A stretch of 64,000 nt of DNA, from assembly GCA_963756875.1 (NCBI GenBank), contig CAVWPA010000003.1, positions 1,408,001 to 1,472,000 of the forward strand, written 5' to 3'. The translations under genes were made by a program, and so were the position numbers. This document shows positions 60,791 through 64,000 of the stretch, one piece after another (positions within the stretch are counted from its first letter, which is position 1; each line of letters starts with the position of its first letter). The DNA comes from an uncultured Verrucomicrobiae bacterium. GTDB taxonomy: Bacteria > Verrucomicrobiota > Verrucomicrobiia > Chthoniobacterales > UBA10450. The notes under the pieces were generated by a model. The model did not search any database. It was not told where the DNA came from and saw only the letters and a program-made list of their open reading frames with translations.

Positions 60791-62656
60791 ATGAAAAGAA
60801 TTTATACTCCTACGAAATGCAAGAGGGTCCTCATCGTGGACGACGATCAGGTTGTAGCAGGCATTTACCAAAACAAATTGCAGAGCGAACGATTTGAGGT
60901 GGAGGTGTCTTGTGACAGCAGGCACGTCTTGCGAATGCTGGAGATGGAGCCGTTTGACCTCGTGATTCTCGATCTCTCCGTGTCGGAAATGCGTGGAATG
61001 CAAGTTCTCAACGCCATTCGTTCCCAACCAGGAGCCGACGCATTACCGCTTATTGTTTTTTTGAATCCTTATCTCAGCAGCCAGGTCAACACAGCCAGAG
61101 AAGCAAAAGCGACAAGACATGTTACCAAATCCGATTGCACGCCGGATCAGATGATGGCGATGGTGCGCGAGGTTCTCGCGATTCGTCCCTTCAGCACTGC
61201 CGCTGATCATGATGCCGATGGAGCACGGTCGGCCCGGTCTAAGACGGAGTTTCAAACACAACTGGCCGCTACCTTTTTTAATAATGCGGCGCAAAGAATC
61301 AGGGAATTGCGCGCGGGTTATCACACCTTCGTCAACGCCGAGCAGGAAAAGCAGCGCCTGAGTTATCTTTTCGAAATGTATCGTCAGGCTCGATTGCTCG
61401 CCAGCGCGGCCGGCGTTGGTGGCTTGCGTAAAATTGCCCGACTAACCACCGCCCTGGAGGCGCTTCTCCTTCAACTGCATGATAAGCCAGCCGGCATCAC
61501 GTCTTCGTCCATCCGGACGATCGCGCAAGCCTTGGACTTGTTGGCGGCCTTGTTCGAGCTGGGCGCCGGCCTTGAATCGGAAGTTTTGGTTTCGCCCGCG
61601 ATTCTCGTTGTGGACGACGAGGTCATTTCGCGCGAGGCGATTTATTCCGCGATTGAGAGAGCCAGCTTGGGCGCCATCGTCCTGGATGATTCAGTGAAAG
61701 CTGAGGACTTCCTGAAGAAAACGCATTTCGATCTTATTTTCCTGGACGTCGAAATGCCGGGGTTAAGCGGCCTGGATCTTTGCGCCAAAATCCGGAAGAT
61801 GGCCACCAATCACGCCACGCCGGTCGTCTTTGTCACGGCCCACACCGATTTCGAGAGCCGGGCCCAATCGAGTTTATCCGGTGGGGACGATTTCATCGCC
61901 AAACCATTCCTCTTAGGCGAACTGGCGGTTAAAGCATTGACCTGGCTGTTCAAAAAAGAACTGGATCCGGTTTCAATGATGAATGACGCGCCCGGCAAAA
62001 AGAACGTTGCCCACCCACGAGGTACTCAAAGCTGTGGCGGGCTAGCCCAATCTCCGCGTATTCCCCTAACCATTTTTAACATTGTGAAATCTGCCTCGAT
62101 CCATCTCGATCCCACGGATATACCATTTGCGCCGTCCTGGGGATCCCTTCCAGAAGGCCGGAGCAAAGAGTCTTCGATCGCCTCGTCGATTGACAAGACG
62201 GTGCCGATAGTCATAGCGGACGACGATCCGGTCTCGCGGGAACTGATTTCCGCAGTCGTGAGCAAATGGGGCTTTCGCAGCATCCTGACGCAGGACGGGC
62301 GCGAGGCGATGTCAGCCATTCGTGCCGAGGAAGGCCCAGTGGTCGCAATTCTCGACTGGATGATGCCCGGGATGGACGGCCTGCAAGTCTGTCGGCGCGT
62401 TCGAGAGAGTGGCAAGCCGGTGCACATCATTTTGCTGACGGCGCGCGCGGCCAAGGAAAGTCTCGTGGAAGGTCTTGAGAGCGGGGCGGATGACTACCTT
62501 GTCAAGCCGTTCGATAAAGACGAATTACTGGCGCGCATTCACGTCGGCCTTCGCGTTCTCAATTTGCAAAACGCGTTGGAAGACCGGGTCCAAGAGCTCG
62601 AGAAGGCTCTGCTCGAGATAAAAGATCTGCGCAGTCACTTTTCTGTTCCGTTGTAG
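60791..62656 (+). CDS. REC - Hpt-like - REC - REC protein (possibly two genes, the second from GTG 62084)
   Basis: Three receiver motifs and an Hpt-like helical bundle; the last REC is a paralog of 55930-56571. Confidence 0.8.
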   Translation: MKRIYTPTKCKRVLIVDDDQVVAGIYQNKLQSERFEVEVSCDSRHVLRMLEMEPFDLVILDLSVSEMRGMQVLNAIRSQPGADALPLIVFLNPYLSSQVNTAREAKATRHVTKSDCTPDQMMAMVREVLAIRPFSTAADHDADGARSARSKTEFQTQLAATFFNNAAQRIRELRAGYHTFVNAEQEKQRLSYLFEMYRQARLLASAAGVGGLRKIARLTTALEALLLQLHDKPAGITSSSIRTIAQALDLLAALFELGAGLESEVLVSPAILVVDDEVISREAIYSAIERASLGAIVLDDSVKAEDFLKKTHFDLIFLDVEMPGLSGLDLCAKIRKMATNHATPVVFVTAHTDFESRAQSSLSGGDDFIAKPFLLGELAVKALTWLFKKELDPVSMMNDAPGKKNVAHPRGTQSCGGLAQSPRIPLTIFNIVKSASIHLDPTDIPFAPSWGSLPEGRSKESSIASSIDKTVPIVIADDDPVSRELISAVVSKWGFRSILTQDGREAMSAIRAEEGPVVAILDWMMPGMDGLQVCRRVRESGKPVHIILLTARAAKESLVEGLESGADDYLVKPFDKDELLARIHVGLRVLNLQNALEDRVQELEKALLEIKDLRSHFSVPL

Positions 62657-62774
62657 CCGAATCACTTTCCTCGTTTGGAATTCTGATTGCATTTCTCAAT
62701 CAGTCTTTCGATCACTGCTGATGGGCAAAGCGCACGCACACGCAGCGAAATGGCTCCGACGGTCCCCACGGCGA

Positions 62775-62812
62775 TAGGCGTTTGCCGCATGCTGTAATAC
62801 GTATTTGTCGCA
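62775..62812 (+). promoter_or_regulatory. Tandem copy of the recurring cluster motif
   Basis: TAGGCGTTTGCCGCA (62775) and TACGTATTTGTCGCA (62798), 23 bp apart. Confidence 0.6.
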
Positions 62813-62913
62813 GTTTTATCGTGTGGAACAAGGCCAAGGACTTGCTGCATTCGAGTGTCATGAGCTCCACATATACGCTTTTGGTTCGCTCGAAAGAAAA
62901 GGGACGAAGCATC

Positions 62914-63057
62914 ATGGAAATCGTGGTTTACGCGCTCTTTACTTTGAGCGCGGTCATTTCGATTTGGCAATTTATCCGGCCACCAAATTCTCTGCCGATT
63001 CACGGAATAACCACGTTAGATCAGGGGCGCATTCCGGTCGTTGCTCTGAAAAAATGA
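62914..63057 (+). CDS. 47-aa single-TM small protein
   Basis: AAGGGA SD-like element; MEIVVYALFTLSAVISIWQF; its stop overlaps the next ATG (ATGA). Confidence 0.45.
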   Translation: MEIVVYALFTLSAVISIWQFIRPPNSLPIHGITTLDQGRIPVVALKK

Positions 63058-63449
63058 GCGACGATCTTACAGAAGCTTTGCCTCCGAGGGGCAGGAGCTT
63101 GCGAATTTTGGTCGTCGAAGATCACCTCGAAACGTTGCGAGTATTGGGCCACCTGCTCCATCATTTTGGTCACGAGATTTCATTGGCCGACGGCGCGCAA
63201 CGCGCGCTGAAAATTGTCGAGTCGAAGCCATTCGATGTCGTCTTGAGCGACATTGGTCTGCCAGACGGAAGCGGCTACGAGGTAATCGCTCAGGCCAAAC
63301 GCAACCAACCAGTCAAAGGCGTAGCCCTTACTGGCTTGGACAAAAAGGAAGACATCAAGCGAAGCAAGGAAGCTGGCTTCGATTTCCATCTCACCAAGCC
63401 GGTGGACTTCCACGAGCTGCGCACGGTTCTCGCACAGGTTGGTTCTTGA
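63054..63449 (+). CDS. Single-domain response regulator
   Basis: LRILVVEDH, SDIGLPDGSG and AGFDFHLTKPV motifs. Confidence 0.9.
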   Translation: MSDDLTEALPPRGRSLRILVVEDHLETLRVLGHLLHHFGHEISLADGAQRALKIVESKPFDVVLSDIGLPDGSGYEVIAQAKRNQPVKGVALTGLDKKEDIKRSKEAGFDFHLTKPVDFHELRTVLAQVGS

Positions 63450-63715
63450 TCTCTATCTCTGACCACTGATCTCTCGTGACGTCTGCACTAGAGCATGACT
63501 CGCGACACAACAGCTAAGTGGCGACGACTGCAGGATTGTGCAGCAGTCTCGATCATCGCCCTAGCGAGTTTGTTCACACTTGCGCTCGCGGACACGCGCG
63601 TGGGCGATGCGTTGCAATCTACGCTTTCATGTCGCCGCGTCCGTCATTGCCACGTGGCCAGAATTGCCGTGATCTGAGATTGCGGACGCACGTCTGGGGG
63701 GCGAAAGCCTGTTCC

Positions 63716-63774
63716 GTATTTTCCACGTGGGAAAATGCGCATTCTCCGGCGCAAGCCGTGCATTAGCACTGCTC
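63716..63774 (+). repeat. 59-bp duplicated promoter element, copy 2
   Basis: Matches 55824-55882. Confidence 0.85.
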
Positions 63775-63785
63775 CTAGTAGCGGA

Positions 63786-64000
63786 GTGACGGAGAACAAA
63801 TTCGGAAGAAGTAATCATCGCTGGCTGCTGGCTATTGAGTCGACGTCAGGCCCAGTTTGCGCGGCGGCACTACTCGTTTTGGCCTTTGTCGCCGCCTGCT
63901 CTTCCGCGGTGGCCCAAACCACTATTTCGCTCGGTGCGGCGCAACAGGTCGCGGTTTTGGGCAGCTCCACTGTAACCAGCGCCGGTCCGACGCTCGTTAT
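63786..64000 (+). CDS. Exported DUF3494 ice-binding-like protein (3' truncated; not in the ORF track)
   Basis: GTG at 63786, frame open to the window end. Signal peptide ..AACSSAVA then QTTISLGAAQQVAVLGSSTVTSAGPTLV, resembling the DUF3494 N-terminal motif LGxAxxFAVLxxSTVTNTGPTVI. Confidence 0.7.
   Translation, partial: MTENKFGRSNHRWLLAIESTSGPVCAAALLVLAFVAACSSAVAQTTISLGAAQQVAVLGSSTVTSAGPTLV

Noticed and set aside
63471..63479. CTCTCGTGA matching the tRNA-Leu 3' end as an att site
   Set aside because: Only 9 bp, which can occur by chance in 25 kb. The promoter motif continues beyond it and no integrase is seen.

Overview
Bacterial chromosomal window. Gene style (adenylate cyclase/TolB-N/TPR paralogs, DUF2851, CGWS glutaredoxin, BamD-LptE) suggests a soil Verrucomicrobiota, Chthoniobacterales-like (inference). 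It has four parts. (1) 1-17.1 kb: housekeeping and envelope genes (nnr, amidase, lysS, fluoride riboswitch-crcB-DUF190, ECF sigma factor, glutaredoxin, PBP1A). (2) 17.2-30.35 kb: an apparent island bounded by tRNA-Gly(CCC) and a 19/21-nt copy of its 3' end. It carries an operon of six signal-peptide proteins, four of which share an unassigned ~230-aa Cys/Gln/Trp domain (one fused to a minimal secretin), then an L,D-transpeptidase and aceBAK. (3) 30.5-38.6 kb: core genes (serS, bamD, lptE, tRNA-Leu). (4) 38.6-64 kb: a ~25-kb signalling cluster of PAS kinases, receivers, degenerate phosphorelay domains and an orphan PilT/PilU. Five of its promoters share a recurring motif, including the promoter of a truncated DUF3494 ice-binding-like gene. 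At least seven genes or sites show +1 frameshifts in short homopolymers, probably sequencing errors. All assignments are from motif recognition; no database searches were run.
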